64,000 nt of DNA from Oscillospiraceae bacterium (GCA_015064395.1 SVSH01000003.1:46328-110327); one strand, 5' to 3'; numbered from the stretch's first letter, positions 28,173 through 39,013 are shown. Translations and numbers: made by a program. Notes: generated by a model not told the origin, from the sequence alone.

Positions 28173-28865
28173 TTATTTATATTTTCGTCCTGACACAAAG
28201 CCGTGTCGGATCTCCCCTGTTTGTCGGATCCGTTCCGCTAATGTAGGCGGAGGGACAGGGGCTTGCGGCCTTGGTTTGAAAATACGTGACAAAATAGTTA
28301 ACGCACGGTTTACAAACGCCGCCCACCCTCTGCGGCACATCAAAATGATACGCCTTGCTAAAGGGGCAATCAGTGACCACAGCCAAAGCGACACGCGGCG
28401 TACGGGATACGTTACGATAACCACCGTCCAGCACACAACAGCCCACAGCACCGCTCGTATGAGCAGGAGCAACGGTCCCAACAGGCGCCTTGCCGTACAT
28501 CGGTATAGTCCAAATCCGATCAGACTCGCCGCCACCGCGCTCAGCCGGAACTGTCCATCGTTGGTATAATACAGCAATACGATCATCACAACGGCGAACA
28601 ACAGGCAGAAGCCAACGTCGGAGAAAACCAGTGATACTACCTCACATATAGCCTTGGCCTTTCCCGTTTTTTGGGGATCGGTCAAGCGACGTCCTTTGCC
28701 GTGCGGCATAGGGATCCTTCCTATCCATCGTTTAACCCAAGGTACGGCACTTAGGCTGTGACCGCGACATAGGCACTGCATCAGGTCGTAAAGGACGCCC
28801 AGTAAAAAGCCGCATATCAGAGAGCAGCCCAGCATAAAGGCCAATGCCTTTTGCGATACCTCCAC
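28173..28865 (-). CDS. yabQ: Spore cortex biosynthesis protein YabQ-like membrane protein
   Basis: Multi-TM protein immediately after yabP. N-terminus ...FMLGCSLICGFLLGVLYDL... The ORF-track start is GTG at 28865, so the start is uncertain. Confidence 0.65.
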   Translation of the reverse strand: MEVSQKALAFMLGCSLICGFLLGVLYDLMQCLCRGHSLSAVPWVKRWIGRIPMPHGKGRRLTDPQKTGKAKAICEVVSLVFSDVGFCLLFAVVMIVLLYYTNDGQFRLSAVAASLIGFGLYRCTARRLLGPLLLLIRAVLWAVVCWTVVIVTYPVRRVSLWLWSLIAPLARRIILMCRRGWAAFVNRALTILSRIFKPRPQAPVPPPTLAERIRQTGEIRHGFVSGRKYK

Positions 28866-28867
28866 GG

Positions 28868-29158
28868 TCAGTGAAACAGTTTTCCAAACAAGCCGCGCGA
28901 GGGCGCTGTCGGCTCGGAATCCTGGTAGTAAATACTGTCAATATGCCCGTCGACCGTTACCGTGCCTTCCTTAACGTCCAGCACGTTCACGCGCAACTCG
29001 GAGCCCTCAATGTTCATATTCCCACTGGTGGTCGCCAGCGAAACGTTATTTTCATCGAAGCTGAGCACCTCGGTCATGCCGTGGATCTGCACGTGGGCTC
29101 TTTCTTTGACAACAAAGCCATGCTCCGACTGTATTCCTTCTCGCCTATTTTCACTCAT
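28868..29158 (-). CDS. yabP: Sporulation protein YabP
   Basis: 96 aa. ...ERAHVQIHGMTEVLSFDENNVSLATTSGNMNIEGSELRVNVLDV... GGGAGGG SD. Confidence 0.85.
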   Translation of the reverse strand: MSENRREGIQSEHGFVVKERAHVQIHGMTEVLSFDENNVSLATTSGNMNIEGSELRVNVLDVKEGTVTVDGHIDSIYYQDSEPTAPSRGLFGKLFH

Positions 29159-29209
29159 AATAACCCTCCCGCATACATTCTGATGAAATATATGCGGGAG
29201 CAGTTTCTG

Positions 29210-29452
29210 TTATTCCACGACCTCGTAAAGTTCGGTCGCGCCGGCTTTGGTTACGTGCTCCTGCACGCAAATGACCCGGATTTTCAGAGTACGCTGACCA
29301 AAGGTGATCTCGAGCACATCCCCTACCTTGACATCATACGACGCCTTGGCAGGACGGCCATTGACCGATACGTGAGCGTTGTCACAGGCCTCATTGGCCA
29401 CGGTACGGCGTTTGATGACACGGGACACCTTCAGAAATTTGTCCAATCTCAT
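29210..29452 (-). CDS. yabO: S4-domain RNA-binding protein (YabO/Hsp15-like)
   Basis: MRLDKFLKVSRVIKRRTVANEA... is an S4 domain. Confidence 0.8.
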   Translation of the reverse strand: MRLDKFLKVSRVIKRRTVANEACDNAHVSVNGRPAKASYDVKVGDVLEITFGQRTLKIRVICVQEHVTKAGATELYEVVE

Positions 29453-29490
29453 GGAACAATCAATCCATCGTCAGATGGAGGCGGGACAAC

Positions 29491-29763
29491 TCAGTTGAGC
29501 TGATCCTTCAGAGCCTTGCTGGCGCTGAATGCGGGGTGCTTGCTTGCGGGAACCTCGATGGTCTCGCCGGTCTTGGGGTTACGGCCGGTTCTTGCACCGC
29601 GAGCCTTAACCTCGAAGGTACCAAAGCCAACCAGCTGAACCTTTTCGCCGTTCTTCAGTGCCTCAGCGATGGTCTCGGTAACAGCGTTGACAGCAACCTC
29701 TGCGTCCTTCTTCTTCATACCGCCCTTAGCGGCTACTGCTTCGATCAGTTGAGATTTGTTCAT
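29491..29763 (-). CDS. hup: HU-family DNA-binding protein
   Basis: MNKSQLIEAVA...GFGTFEVKARGARTGRNPKTGE... Start at ATG 29763. Confidence 0.95.
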   Translation of the reverse strand: MNKSQLIEAVAAKGGMKKKDAEVAVNAVTETIAEALKNGEKVQLVGFGTFEVKARGARTGRNPKTGETIEVPASKHPAFSASKALKDQLN

Positions 29764-29935
29764 TTTTTTGCATCCTTTCATATATTGAAAAAAGTATCAT
29801 GCTTCACAGCTCACTTTTTCTTAAGTATATCATATTTTTTCCATGTTTTCAAGGGTTTTTTCGTTTTTTTCTTTTACTTTTCAAAGAATTTTTTGCGTTT
29901 TTTGACCATATTTCCGCCTGTCGGGAATTTGCACA

Positions 29936-30655
29936 TTATTTTACGCTTTTGATCAAGCGATCGGTATGGGCACTCAAGCACTCCTCGGCATCCAAATCCA
30001 GTCGTCTGGCCAGCGTCGTCAGGCCGAAAAGAGCTTGCCCCAGCATCTTTGACTGTGCCTCTTTTTCGGTCATAGCACCCAGCGCTTCCACCTGCTCTTT
30101 CAAGGTGTCAATCAGCGCATACGTGTCGCTATCGGCATCGATTGCCGCCTTCTTACTGACCTTTTGGGCGCGCATCAAAGCAGGCAGGATGTTTGGAATA
30201 GCCTCCAGCTGGTCGGACAGCGATACGCGCTGTTTTTCTTCGGTTTTAATGACCTCCCAGTTGGCCAGCACCTGCTCGGAGGTATCTGCCTTGACCTGCC
30301 CGAAAACGTGAGGATGACGGTGGATCATTTTGACGCATTCGTCATTGGCGACGTCATCAACGTTGAACCGTCCCGCATCCTTTTCGATATCTGCGTGGAA
30401 CACGATCTGCAACAGAACGTCGCCAAGCTCTTCCCGCAGCAGAACCGGATCGTCACGGTCGATGGCCTCGACGACCTCGTAGCACTCCTCGATCATTCCT
30501 TTGCGAATGGAGTGATGGTCCTGCTCGATATCCCATGGGCATCCTCCCTCGCCACGCAGGATGGTAACGATATCACAAAGATCGGAAAAACAATAGTTCT
30601 TTTGAGAAAGCAGGCGTGCGATCGTTTCGTCACGCCAAGATGCGTACTGGTTCAT
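29936..30655 (-). CDS. mazG: MazG-family nucleoside triphosphate pyrophosphohydrolase
   Basis: Tandem MazG repeats (...EECYEVVEAID..., ...LGDVLLQIVFHA...). AAGGAG SD. Confidence 0.85.
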   Translation of the reverse strand: MNQYASWRDETIARLLSQKNYCFSDLCDIVTILRGEGGCPWDIEQDHHSIRKGMIEECYEVVEAIDRDDPVLLREELGDVLLQIVFHADIEKDAGRFNVDDVANDECVKMIHRHPHVFGQVKADTSEQVLANWEVIKTEEKQRVSLSDQLEAIPNILPALMRAQKVSKKAAIDADSDTYALIDTLKEQVEALGAMTEKEAQSKMLGQALFGLTTLARRLDLDAEECLSAHTDRLIKSVK

Positions 30656-30712
30656 GTGTTGACTCCTTTTTTATGTACTTCCTTATTTTTGAGAGACGAT
30701 GACAGCATCGTC

Positions 30713-32401
30713 TCAGCGTTGCGTTGCGTGTAAGAGCGCCGTCAGACGTTTGGCGATCCCTTGGGGTAGCATGGAAAGCTCCTGCTCTCCGATCAAGCCA
30801 AATCGGATGCCGAGAACGGCAAAGAGGGCGACTGTCAAGGGAACGGCGGCCAAGAACAATCCGATCTCAGAGTATCCCGCCCGTCCGAGCAAGGCATAAA
30901 CGACGGCAGGCAGGCCGACCGATACCAAGGAAATCAAAAGCGGCCGCACAAGAGAGGCGCGAAGCGAGCCCAGGACGTCGGTGTGTTTGGCGATCATGAC
31001 GAGGTTGATACCCACGATCACCGAATCGCACAAAAATGTGCTGATGGGGGCGCCATAAATATTCAGCGCCGGGAGGCCGATGAGCAGATAAGCGCCGATC
31101 AACTTGACCAGCGAACCGATCAGCATGGATACGATGGGAATGGTGACGTGCCCGTAGGCTTGTAAGATCGCATTCGTCACGGTGATCAGGCTGGAAAAGA
31201 AAATAGACAGTGACAAGATGGACAGCAAGGGATAAGCCGCTTGCACAGCGCTGATCTCGCCCCGAAACAAAAGAGACAGGATGGTCCGACTGTAAATGGC
31301 CACCGCCAGCGTTGCCGGCAGAGCCAAAAGGGCCGTCAAGCGAACCGCGCTTTGCGCCGTCGTCCTTTGTGATACGCGATCCCCCGCTTCGATCGCCGAG
31401 GAAAGCGTCGGCACGAGTGCCAGAGCCACCGAAGTGATCAGCGACGGGATGAGATTAAAAATAGGGACAGCCATGGTGGTATAGCCGCCGTAAAGGGCGT
31501 TTGCCCCGGCGGTATCGTAGCCAACGTCCTGCAAGCGACGCAGGATCATGGTCATATCAAACAGGCGAGTCAGACACAAAACGGAGGAGCTGATGGTCAT
31601 TGGAACGGCTAAAGACAGCAGGCGTCGCATCGAGCGTTTCCCCGCTCCGATCGTTTTTTTCTCCAACGCAACCTCTCGCCAGGCAGGCGCATAGCGGCGT
31701 CGGTGCAGGATCAGATAAAAGACGGAGATTGCCACGCCGATACCCAGTCCCAGCATCGCCCAGGCGGCAATATGGGGGGCACTCATGCCGCGCCGCCAGG
31801 CAAACACAGCAAATCCAAGGCCCAAGATCAGCTTACCCAACGCCTCAATGATCTGCGAAATGGCCGTGGGCAGCATATCCTGATGCCCCTGAAAGTATCC
31901 TCGATACGCGCCGGACAGACAAGAGAAAAAGAGGGTCGGAGCAACTGCCGCCAAGGCGTAGGCGGTGTCGGGACTGCCGATCATACGGGCAATGGCGGGC
32001 GCACCCAACAAAAGCAGGGCCGTCCCCAGTGTGCCAAGCGTTAAAAACAGCCCCAGCGTCATGCGCTCGATGCGCCGGATGCTATTCGCATCTCCTGCCG
32101 CCCGCGCTTCGGCAATCAACATGGAGGAAGCGAGCGGAAGCCCCGACGTGGTAATGACGCACAGCGTCCCATACCACTCGTACGCCGCATTGAAATAGCC
32201 CATGCCCTCGCTGCCCAGATAGTGCAGCATGGGAATTTTATAAAACAGGCCGATCAGCTTGACCAGTACGGTCGAAAGCGTCAGAACCATCACGCCCGAG
32301 AGAAAGACCTTCCCCGCCGCCGACGGCTGTTCGACGCGATCAGCACAGGGCGGCGTTGCGGCATTGGGGCGATTTGATTTGGTTCTGACGCTTACTTTCA
32401 T
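30713..32401 (-). CDS. MOP-superfamily flippase (YabM/SpoVB/MurJ-like polysaccharide biosynthesis protein)
   Basis: 562 aa, polytopic. Its position upstream of mazG-yabO-yabP-yabQ-divIC mirrors Bacillus yabM. Confidence 0.7.
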   Translation of the reverse strand: MKVSVRTKSNRPNAATPPCADRVEQPSAAGKVFLSGVMVLTLSTVLVKLIGLFYKIPMLHYLGSEGMGYFNAAYEWYGTLCVITTSGLPLASSMLIAEARAAGDANSIRRIERMTLGLFLTLGTLGTALLLLGAPAIARMIGSPDTAYALAAVAPTLFFSCLSGAYRGYFQGHQDMLPTAISQIIEALGKLILGLGFAVFAWRRGMSAPHIAAWAMLGLGIGVAISVFYLILHRRRYAPAWREVALEKKTIGAGKRSMRRLLSLAVPMTISSSVLCLTRLFDMTMILRRLQDVGYDTAGANALYGGYTTMAVPIFNLIPSLITSVALALVPTLSSAIEAGDRVSQRTTAQSAVRLTALLALPATLAVAIYSRTILSLLFRGEISAVQAAYPLLSILSLSIFFSSLITVTNAILQAYGHVTIPIVSMLIGSLVKLIGAYLLIGLPALNIYGAPISTFLCDSVIVGINLVMIAKHTDVLGSLRASLVRPLLISLVSVGLPAVVYALLGRAGYSEIGLFLAAVPLTVALFAVLGIRFGLIGEQELSMLPQGIAKRLTALLHATQR

Positions 32402-32432
32402 TCCTTACCTGACTCCTTTAACGGTTGGTACT

Positions 32433-33734
32433 TCAATCGAAGTAATGTCGAATGATCTGTCTTGCTTCGAAGCGCAGGCATTCGATATCAATCGAAGTAT
32501 ACTCGCCGTTTTCAAAAAGTATACGTCCGTCGCACATGGTAAGTAATACATTGGAGGTATTGGCACTGTATGCGAGCGTCGTGGCAAGGTCATAGCTGGG
32601 AATATTATTGATGGCCGCGAGGTCGATCATGATCAGATCGGCCTTGGCGCCAACCTCGAGCAGTCCGCAATCCTCTCTTCCCTGCGCGATCGCGCCGTTG
32701 CGGGTAGCGATCACGGGAAGCTCACCGGCGCGGATGTTTTCGGGGTCGCGGTGGACACCTTTATGCAGAATGGCGGCCGTTTGGAGCTCGCGCAGAATGC
32801 TCAACTGGTTATTAGAAGCCACGCCGTCCGTTCCAAAAGTAACGTTAAGCCCGGCATCCAGCATATCGCGCAGACGCATGACGCCACTGCCCAATTTCAG
32901 GTTGCTGACGGGGTTATGGACGGGCGTGACGCCCTTTTCTTTCAAAATGGCAATATCCTCGTCGGTGACGTATACGCAATGCGCCGCCGTCGTGGGAATG
33001 TCGAACACGCCAAGGGAGGCAAAGTAGGCCGCCGGTGTCATGCCGTGGCGCTCAATGCACTGCTCGTGCTCTGCCTGTGTTTCGGACAGGTGAAGCTGCA
33101 TGCCAAGACCGTGCTCCTTGGCGTATTCGGCAACGTAACGGCAACAAGCGTCGACGTTGGAATACTCCGCGTGCAACGACATATCCACCTTCAGTCTTCC
33201 CTCGCCCGCGCCGTGGTATTGCTCGACCAGGCGGACGGACTCGGCAAATCTCTCGTCGGCATCCTTTGTGATGTTCGGGTCAAAGGAGACGATGCTGCGG
33301 GAGATGTTGGCCTTCATGCCGGCCTCCAGCACGGCCTCTGCCGTAGCGTCCTGGAAGAAGTACATATCGCTGAAGGAAACGACACCGTTACGTATCATTT
33401 CGGCAATGGCAAGCTTGGCTCCGTAATAGACGCGACGGAAATTGAGCCGCTCCTCTGCCGGCAATATTTTTTCATCCAGCCAGCGGCGAAGCGGAAGATC
33501 CTCACCATAGCCGCGGAACAGCGTCATAGAAGCATGGCAATGCGCGTTATAAAAGGCGGGCATGAGCAGGTTTTCCTTGCAATCAATGACACGGTCAAAG
33601 GTGTCTTCTATTTCGTTGACCCCTACGTACGTGATCTTATCGTCGGTAACAACAACAAAAGCAGTATCCTCCGGGCGTGCCCCCTCGGGCATCATTTCAG
33701 GCAGGAGTCGAGCATTCTTAAACAAAATTTTCAT
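32433..33734 (-). CDS. mtaD: Amidohydrolase; 5-methylthioadenosine/S-adenosylhomocysteine deaminase-like
   Basis: ...FYNAHCHASMTLFRGYGEDLPLRRWL..., ...HLSET..., ...GTDG... are the metal-ligand pattern of MtaD-type deaminases. ATG 33734 preferred over the TTG at 33740. Confidence 0.75.
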   Translation of the reverse strand: MKILFKNARLLPEMMPEGARPEDTAFVVVTDDKITYVGVNEIEDTFDRVIDCKENLLMPAFYNAHCHASMTLFRGYGEDLPLRRWLDEKILPAEERLNFRRVYYGAKLAIAEMIRNGVVSFSDMYFFQDATAEAVLEAGMKANISRSIVSFDPNITKDADERFAESVRLVEQYHGAGEGRLKVDMSLHAEYSNVDACCRYVAEYAKEHGLGMQLHLSETQAEHEQCIERHGMTPAAYFASLGVFDIPTTAAHCVYVTDEDIAILKEKGVTPVHNPVSNLKLGSGVMRLRDMLDAGLNVTFGTDGVASNNQLSILRELQTAAILHKGVHRDPENIRAGELPVIATRNGAIAQGREDCGLLEVGAKADLIMIDLAAINNIPSYDLATTLAYSANTSNVLLTMCDGRILFENGEYTSIDIECLRFEARQIIRHYFD

Positions 33735-33771
33735 TTTCAAAGTCCCCTTTCATCAGGTCGCGCAGCCTGCG

Positions 33772-34707
33772 TTAGGCAATGGGCACGAATTCCCGATACA
33801 GTGCGTGCTGCGGCAACCATGCAGCCGACAGCGGTTGCACATTTTTTATATGATGGAGAATGGCATCGCCTGCTTTGCGATACACACTCGACAAAGGAAT
33901 TTGAGACAGGATCAGATCCAGGTGAGGTCGAAGCATGCCGAGCTCATAGCCCATGAGCGAATCCAGGTGTTCGTCGCAGGAATCGACGTAAGGAAAAATG
34001 TTTTTCTCCTCATTTTGTCTTACGCTGTCCCACAAAAACAAGGTAAAGGACGCTTCCGAAGAACGGAAATGATAATCCCGCACCAATCGTCTGAGCAGAC
34101 GTATATCATTGGGCGTGTAGGTTACGCCGCCTACGCAAAGTGATCTTGTCGGTTGAATGAAAATACTGCGGTAACTATATTGATGCAGCAAGGCGCTGAT
34201 CTCGGGATATACGACTTGAATGCCCTCCAGGAGGAAAATATCCTCGGGATCGGGCGCGACCAGATCGACAAAGCCCTCTCTTGTTCCGGCACCTATATTG
34301 AACCTTGGCATACGGGTGCGTCCCTTGTGCATCAGTTCGTCAAGACAAGCGCAAAACAGCGGGAAATCCAGGGCGTCGATGGAGTCAAAATCCAGCTTTT
34401 TGGCCGCTTCGGGATCGTTCATGGCATGACGCCCCGTGCCGTGCGGTTGCTCGCGGAAAAAGTCGTCCACCGAGATCAGATGCACGCGCCGTCCGGCAGC
34501 CTCAAGTTGTCGGATGAGCAAGGATGCCGCCGTTGTTTTGCCGGCGCAGGTGGGTCCGGAAAGACCGATGAGCCGCAGCTCGGGATGATCGATCAGTCCC
34601 CGGCACACGTCAATGACCTGCTCCTCAAACGAATGCTCGCAGGCGGCGATATATGCTTTTGCGTCTTGTTCCGTCTCAAAAACGGAAGGGGCACGGTATA
34701 TGTTCAA
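33772..34707 (-). CDS. Uridine kinase/phosphoribulokinase-family P-loop kinase; substrate unknown
   Basis: GLSGPTCAGKTT is a Walker A motif. TTG start 6 nt after AAGGAGG. Confidence 0.6.
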   Translation of the reverse strand: MNIYRAPSVFETEQDAKAYIAACEHSFEEQVIDVCRGLIDHPELRLIGLSGPTCAGKTTAASLLIRQLEAAGRRVHLISVDDFFREQPHGTGRHAMNDPEAAKKLDFDSIDALDFPLFCACLDELMHKGRTRMPRFNIGAGTREGFVDLVAPDPEDIFLLEGIQVVYPEISALLHQYSYRSIFIQPTRSLCVGGVTYTPNDIRLLRRLVRDYHFRSSEASFTLFLWDSVRQNEEKNIFPYVDSCDEHLDSLMGYELGMLRPHLDLILSQIPLSSVYRKAGDAILHHIKNVQPLSAAWLPQHALYREFVPIA

Positions 34708-34718
34708 AAGGCTCCTCC

Positions 34719-36209
34719 TTATCCGAGGAGACCACGCTCCTCATAGAATTTTTCGATAAACGCGATCTTGTCGTCATTGCCTTGATCGCGCAGGTATTCG
34801 AAGGGATATTTGTGATTGAAATAGCGGTCGATCAAGGGAGATTTGCCCGAATCGGGGCGGTAATCCACCACCTTGGTAACGGCACCCGCGCCTGCGGCAA
34901 AGATGGAGTGATATTCTTCCATCATATAGATGTTGTATCTTCCCTCCATGCCGGGGTGCGCAAAGCCGACGTTTTCAAAATTGCCTACCGTGTTCTTTTG
35001 GCGATACATATAATACGGGACGTAGCCACGCTTGGGGGCGCGGATCTGGGTATAGTCCACGCACTTACCGGCGTCGCCGCCGTGGCGGGAGTAAACGTCG
35101 CTTTGGTGGACGATGTCCGCCGCCTTCTTGACGCAAAAGGTATGTACGGTGATATTTTCGGGATTGAGATCCAGTATTTTATCAAAGGAACGGGCAAAGG
35201 TGGTAAAATTGTCACCCGGCAGACCTGCGATCAGGTCGGTATTGATACATTGTATGCCGGCATCCCGGGCGATGTCATAGGCGCGCAGAAAATCCTTGGC
35301 TGTGTGCTCGCGGCCGATTCTTTTGAGAACGTCATCGCACAGCGTCTGCGGATTGACGCTGACACGGCTGATGCCGTACTCGCGGGCCACGGCAAATTTT
35401 TCTGCCGTAATGGTGTCCGGGCGTCCTGACTCCAGCGTATATTCCTCCAGTGAGGAGACGTCACAGCCCTCTGCTACCGTAGACAGAAGCAGTCTGAGCT
35501 GGTCGGGTGTCAGAATGGTAGGTGTGCCGCCGCCGATATAGATTGTCTTAAGATTGAGCCCCAGCCGGCGGATCTCGGCGAGCAAGCGGCGCACGTCCTC
35601 GACCAACACCGTCAAGTAATCGGGAATGAGCGACAAAAGGCGCTTGGAGGTATAGGAAACAAAGGAGCAATAGGCACAGCGCGAGGGGCAAAACGGAATG
35701 GAGATATACATACTACAGTCTCGCTTGTCCGGCGTACCGATCAGAGCGCGTTCACAAAGCGCGACCTCGGTAGCAAGTGCCGCTTTTTTAGGGATAGCAA
35801 AATAGTCCTTCACCAGAATATCCCGCACCTCATCGGGCGTCTTGCCCTTGGAAAGCCAGTCCATAGCCATTTTAGCAGGACGGACTCCGGTGATGATCCC
35901 CCAAGAGGGGCGATAGCCGAGCAGCTTGCCACCTGCGGTGATCACAGCAGCACCCACCGCAAGCTTGGCCGTTTTCTCCTTCGTTGCATCGGGCGAATAC
36001 GGAGTAAACTGCTCACCGGACGCACTCTTTCCGTCGGCGGTCATAATAGCAAACGCATGACAACCATCCTCCCGTTCCGTCACACGCACAAACAAAGAGG
36101 GCTCGCCCTCCTCCTGCGCCTGGCGCTTGAAATTGGTGCCGGGAAAAAAGATCATGCACAGCATTTGCACGTAATATGCATTGATATTCCCTTCAATTTG
36201 AACTTTCAT
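34719..36209 (-). CDS. hemZ: Radical SAM coproporphyrinogen dehydrogenase HemZ-like
   Basis: ...SIPFCPSRCAYCSF... is the CxxxCxxC motif, with an HemN-like body. Start at ATG 36209; the TTG at 36224 is the alternative. Confidence 0.75.
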   Translation of the reverse strand: MKVQIEGNINAYYVQMLCMIFFPGTNFKRQAQEEGEPSLFVRVTEREDGCHAFAIMTADGKSASGEQFTPYSPDATKEKTAKLAVGAAVITAGGKLLGYRPSWGIITGVRPAKMAMDWLSKGKTPDEVRDILVKDYFAIPKKAALATEVALCERALIGTPDKRDCSMYISIPFCPSRCAYCSFVSYTSKRLLSLIPDYLTVLVEDVRRLLAEIRRLGLNLKTIYIGGGTPTILTPDQLRLLLSTVAEGCDVSSLEEYTLESGRPDTITAEKFAVAREYGISRVSVNPQTLCDDVLKRIGREHTAKDFLRAYDIARDAGIQCINTDLIAGLPGDNFTTFARSFDKILDLNPENITVHTFCVKKAADIVHQSDVYSRHGGDAGKCVDYTQIRAPKRGYVPYYMYRQKNTVGNFENVGFAHPGMEGRYNIYMMEEYHSIFAAGAGAVTKVVDYRPDSGKSPLIDRYFNHKYPFEYLRDQGNDDKIAFIEKFYEERGLLG

Positions 36210-36258
36210 GGGAATACGTACCAACCTTTCCTTGCGAAATCAGTCAAAACAAAATCCG

Positions 36259-36711
36259 TTATTTTTTATAGTCTGCCGAGTTCATCACGATGGTGACAGG
36301 GCCGTCGTTGATGATGGTGACCTCCATATCCGCGCCAAACTCGCCCGACTCGACCGGAATATTTTCTGCACGAACCATATCAATGAACTTCTCATACAGC
36401 TCCTTGGCGTGGGCGGGCGAGCCGGCGCCGATAAAGCTGGGGCGGTTACCATGCGAGGTATCGGCCAGAAGCGTGAACTGGGAAACGATCAGCATACTGC
36501 CCCCAATATCGCGGATCGAGAGATTCATTTTATCGTTTTCATCGGTAAAAATGCGAAGCTTGACCAGCTTTTGGCAAAGAGCACGAGCCTCCGCCTCGTC
36601 GTCGTTGGCGGCGACACCCAGCAGCACCATCAGTCCCTTGCCGCACGAGCCGATGACGTTGCCGTCAACTGCTACCTGCGCCCGACTGACGCGTTGAACT
36701 ACAGCGATCAT
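36259..36711 (-). CDS. dtd: D-aminoacyl-tRNA deacylase
   Basis: MIAVVQRVSRAQV...SQFTLLADT...GNRPSF... Confidence 0.95.
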   Translation of the reverse strand: MIAVVQRVSRAQVAVDGNVIGSCGKGLMVLLGVAANDDEAEARALCQKLVKLRIFTDENDKMNLSIRDIGGSMLIVSQFTLLADTSHGNRPSFIGAGSPAHAKELYEKFIDMVRAENIPVESGEFGADMEVTIINDGPVTIVMNSADYKK

Positions 36712-36731
36712 AATATTGTTCTCCTTACACG

Positions 36732-38972
36732 TTAAGTGGCAAATCCGCGCACAACCTCGATGACACCGTCAAGGCCCTTCAGGCGCGAGACGATGGACGT
36801 ATAGTGCTCGGTATTCTTACAGCTGACCTTCATAGAATGCAGGGCGGTACCGTCCGAACGGGAGGTACAGTTGACCTGCAGGATAGACACCTTCATCTCG
36901 GCCAGTGCTGTGGTGACGGCCGCCAGCATGCCGATGCGGTTTTCGGTATGGACCTGCAGATGCGCCTCATACAGATCCTTGCCTGCCGTATTGGCGCCGC
37001 GTTCCCAATCGGCCGTGATCCAGCGGCCCTCGTTCTCTGCCCGATCCAACCCCTGCTGAACGTTGGGGCAGTCGCGCTTGTGGACGGAAACGCCGTATCC
37101 TTTGGTAATAAAGCCGATAATGCTATCCCCCGGCAGAGGGTTACAGCACTTGGCGAATTTGACCTGACATCCGCTTTCGCCGTCGATAATGATACCGCTG
37201 TTGGAGCGGAGATTTTTGGGCTTATTGGCGGCCACGTTTTCATTGGTGGCCTTTGCATGCGCCTCGTTATCCAAGGGCTCCACAACCTCACGGGCGCGGT
37301 AGGTGCGCACGTACTCGTCATGCAGCTTGATGGCAATCTTGGAGACAGAAACACCGCCGTAGCCCAGCGTGTTATACAGATCGTCGGCAGTTGCGTAGCC
37401 CATTTTCTTAGCAACGGCATTGACCACCTCGCCGATCTCGGACTCGCTCAGTGCCTTGGCGTATTTCTTCATTTCGCCGTCGATCATGCTCTTGCCGGCC
37501 GCCACGTTCTCCACCCGTGTTTCCTTTTTGAACCACTGGCGGATCTTATTTCTGGCCTCACTGGTGCGAACGATGTTGAGCCAGTCGCGGCTGGGGCCCT
37601 TACTGTTAGAAGCAGTGATGATCTCGACGATCTCGCCGTTGGCGGGCGAGCGGTCGATGGGCACGATCATACCGTTGATCTTGGCGCCGATCATCTTATT
37701 ACCGACAGCCGAGTGGATCGAGTAGGCAAAGTCGATGACAGTCGCGCCCTGCGGAAGGGCGATAACGTCTCCCTTGGGAGTAAAGACGAAAACCTCGTCC
37801 TGGAAAATATCCGTTTTGAGAGCGTGCAAAAATTCGTCTGGGTCGCGGGTGCCGTCCTCGGTCTCGATCAGACGTGCGATCCACTCCAGCTTTTTGTTCA
37901 TTTCCTCGCGCGAGGATGCGCCCGACTTATACTTCCAGTGCGCCGCCATACCGTATTCGGCAAACTGATGCATCTCCCAGGTACGGATCTGCACCTCAAA
38001 GGGGATGCCGTCCTGTCCGATAACGGTGGTGTGAAGCGAGCGGTACATATTGGGCTTTGGGGTTGAAATATAGTCCTTAAAGCGACCGGGGATGGATTTG
38101 AACATCTCGTGGATGTAACCCAACACCGAATAACACTCCGCTTCGTTTTCCACGATCACGCGGAGCGCATAAAAGTCGTAAATTTCATCAAAGCTCTTAT
38201 TTTGATTGTACATTTTTCGGTACACCGAATAGACCGACTTGATACGTCCTTCCAGTTCAAAGTGGATGTGGTTTTCCTTGAGACGGTCCTCGACCAAGCG
38301 GCGAATGTTTTCAATAAATCCAACGTTCTGACCGTATTTCTTTTCAATGTCGGTCTTGACCTCGGTATATCCGATCGGATCGAGGTAGGAAAGGCTGAGA
38401 TTTTCCAATTCCAGCTTAAGCTTATGGATACCCAGGCGGTGAGCCAGGGGGGCGTACACCTGCATGGTCTCAAGGGCCGTCAACCGGCGCTTATTATCCG
38501 GTTTGGCATCCAAGGTGCGCATATTGTGCAAGCGGTCGCACAGCTTGATGAAGATGACACGGACGTCATGCGACATGGCCAGCAGCATCTTGCGCAGGTT
38601 TTCGATATGTGCTTCCTCTTTATCGTCCACCTGAAGCATCACGATCTTGGTCAGACCGTCAACGAGGAGTGCCACGTCCTTGCCAAACTTCTTTTCGATC
38701 TCCTTGAGGTTGGTCTTTTCTGCACAATCCTCTACCGTGTCGTGAAGGAGTGCCGCACAAATGGAATCGGTATCCAATTCAAGGCCACCGACGATTTCAG
38801 CGACGGCGATAGGATGAGAGATATACGCTTCTCCACTGGCGCGGCGCTGCCCCTCGTGCAAGGCATTGGCATATTCAAACGCGCGCTTGATTTTTTCTAT
38901 ATCGTAATTTTTGCCCGTTGCCGCCAGCATGACGAGCAATCGGGATATATCCGTATGGATCGGACTGGCCAT
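36732..38972 (-). CDS. rel: Bifunctional (p)ppGpp synthetase/hydrolase, RelA/SpoT homolog
   Basis: HD domain (...HPIAVAEI...LLHDTVED...), synthetase domain (...YRSLHTTV...), and TGS and ACT C-terminal domains. Start set at ATG 38972 to avoid overlap with the recJ 3' end. The ORF-track start at 39074 is the alternative. Confidence 0.9.
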   Translation of the reverse strand: MASPIHTDISRLLVMLAATGKNYDIEKIKRAFEYANALHEGQRRASGEAYISHPIAVAEIVGGLELDTDSICAALLHDTVEDCAEKTNLKEIEKKFGKDVALLVDGLTKIVMLQVDDKEEAHIENLRKMLLAMSHDVRVIFIKLCDRLHNMRTLDAKPDNKRRLTALETMQVYAPLAHRLGIHKLKLELENLSLSYLDPIGYTEVKTDIEKKYGQNVGFIENIRRLVEDRLKENHIHFELEGRIKSVYSVYRKMYNQNKSFDEIYDFYALRVIVENEAECYSVLGYIHEMFKSIPGRFKDYISTPKPNMYRSLHTTVIGQDGIPFEVQIRTWEMHQFAEYGMAAHWKYKSGASSREEMNKKLEWIARLIETEDGTRDPDEFLHALKTDIFQDEVFVFTPKGDVIALPQGATVIDFAYSIHSAVGNKMIGAKINGMIVPIDRSPANGEIVEIITASNSKGPSRDWLNIVRTSEARNKIRQWFKKETRVENVAAGKSMIDGEMKKYAKALSESEIGEVVNAVAKKMGYATADDLYNTLGYGGVSVSKIAIKLHDEYVRTYRAREVVEPLDNEAHAKATNENVAANKPKNLRSNSGIIIDGESGCQVKFAKCCNPLPGDSIIGFITKGYGVSVHKRDCPNVQQGLDRAENEGRWITADWERGANTAGKDLYEAHLQVHTENRIGMLAAVTTALAEMKVSILQVNCTSRSDGTALHSMKVSCKNTEHYTSIVSRLKGLDGVIEVVRGFAT

Positions 38973-39013
38973 AAAAGCACCTGCCTTCGTGTCACCGCAA
39001 TCATATACGCGGC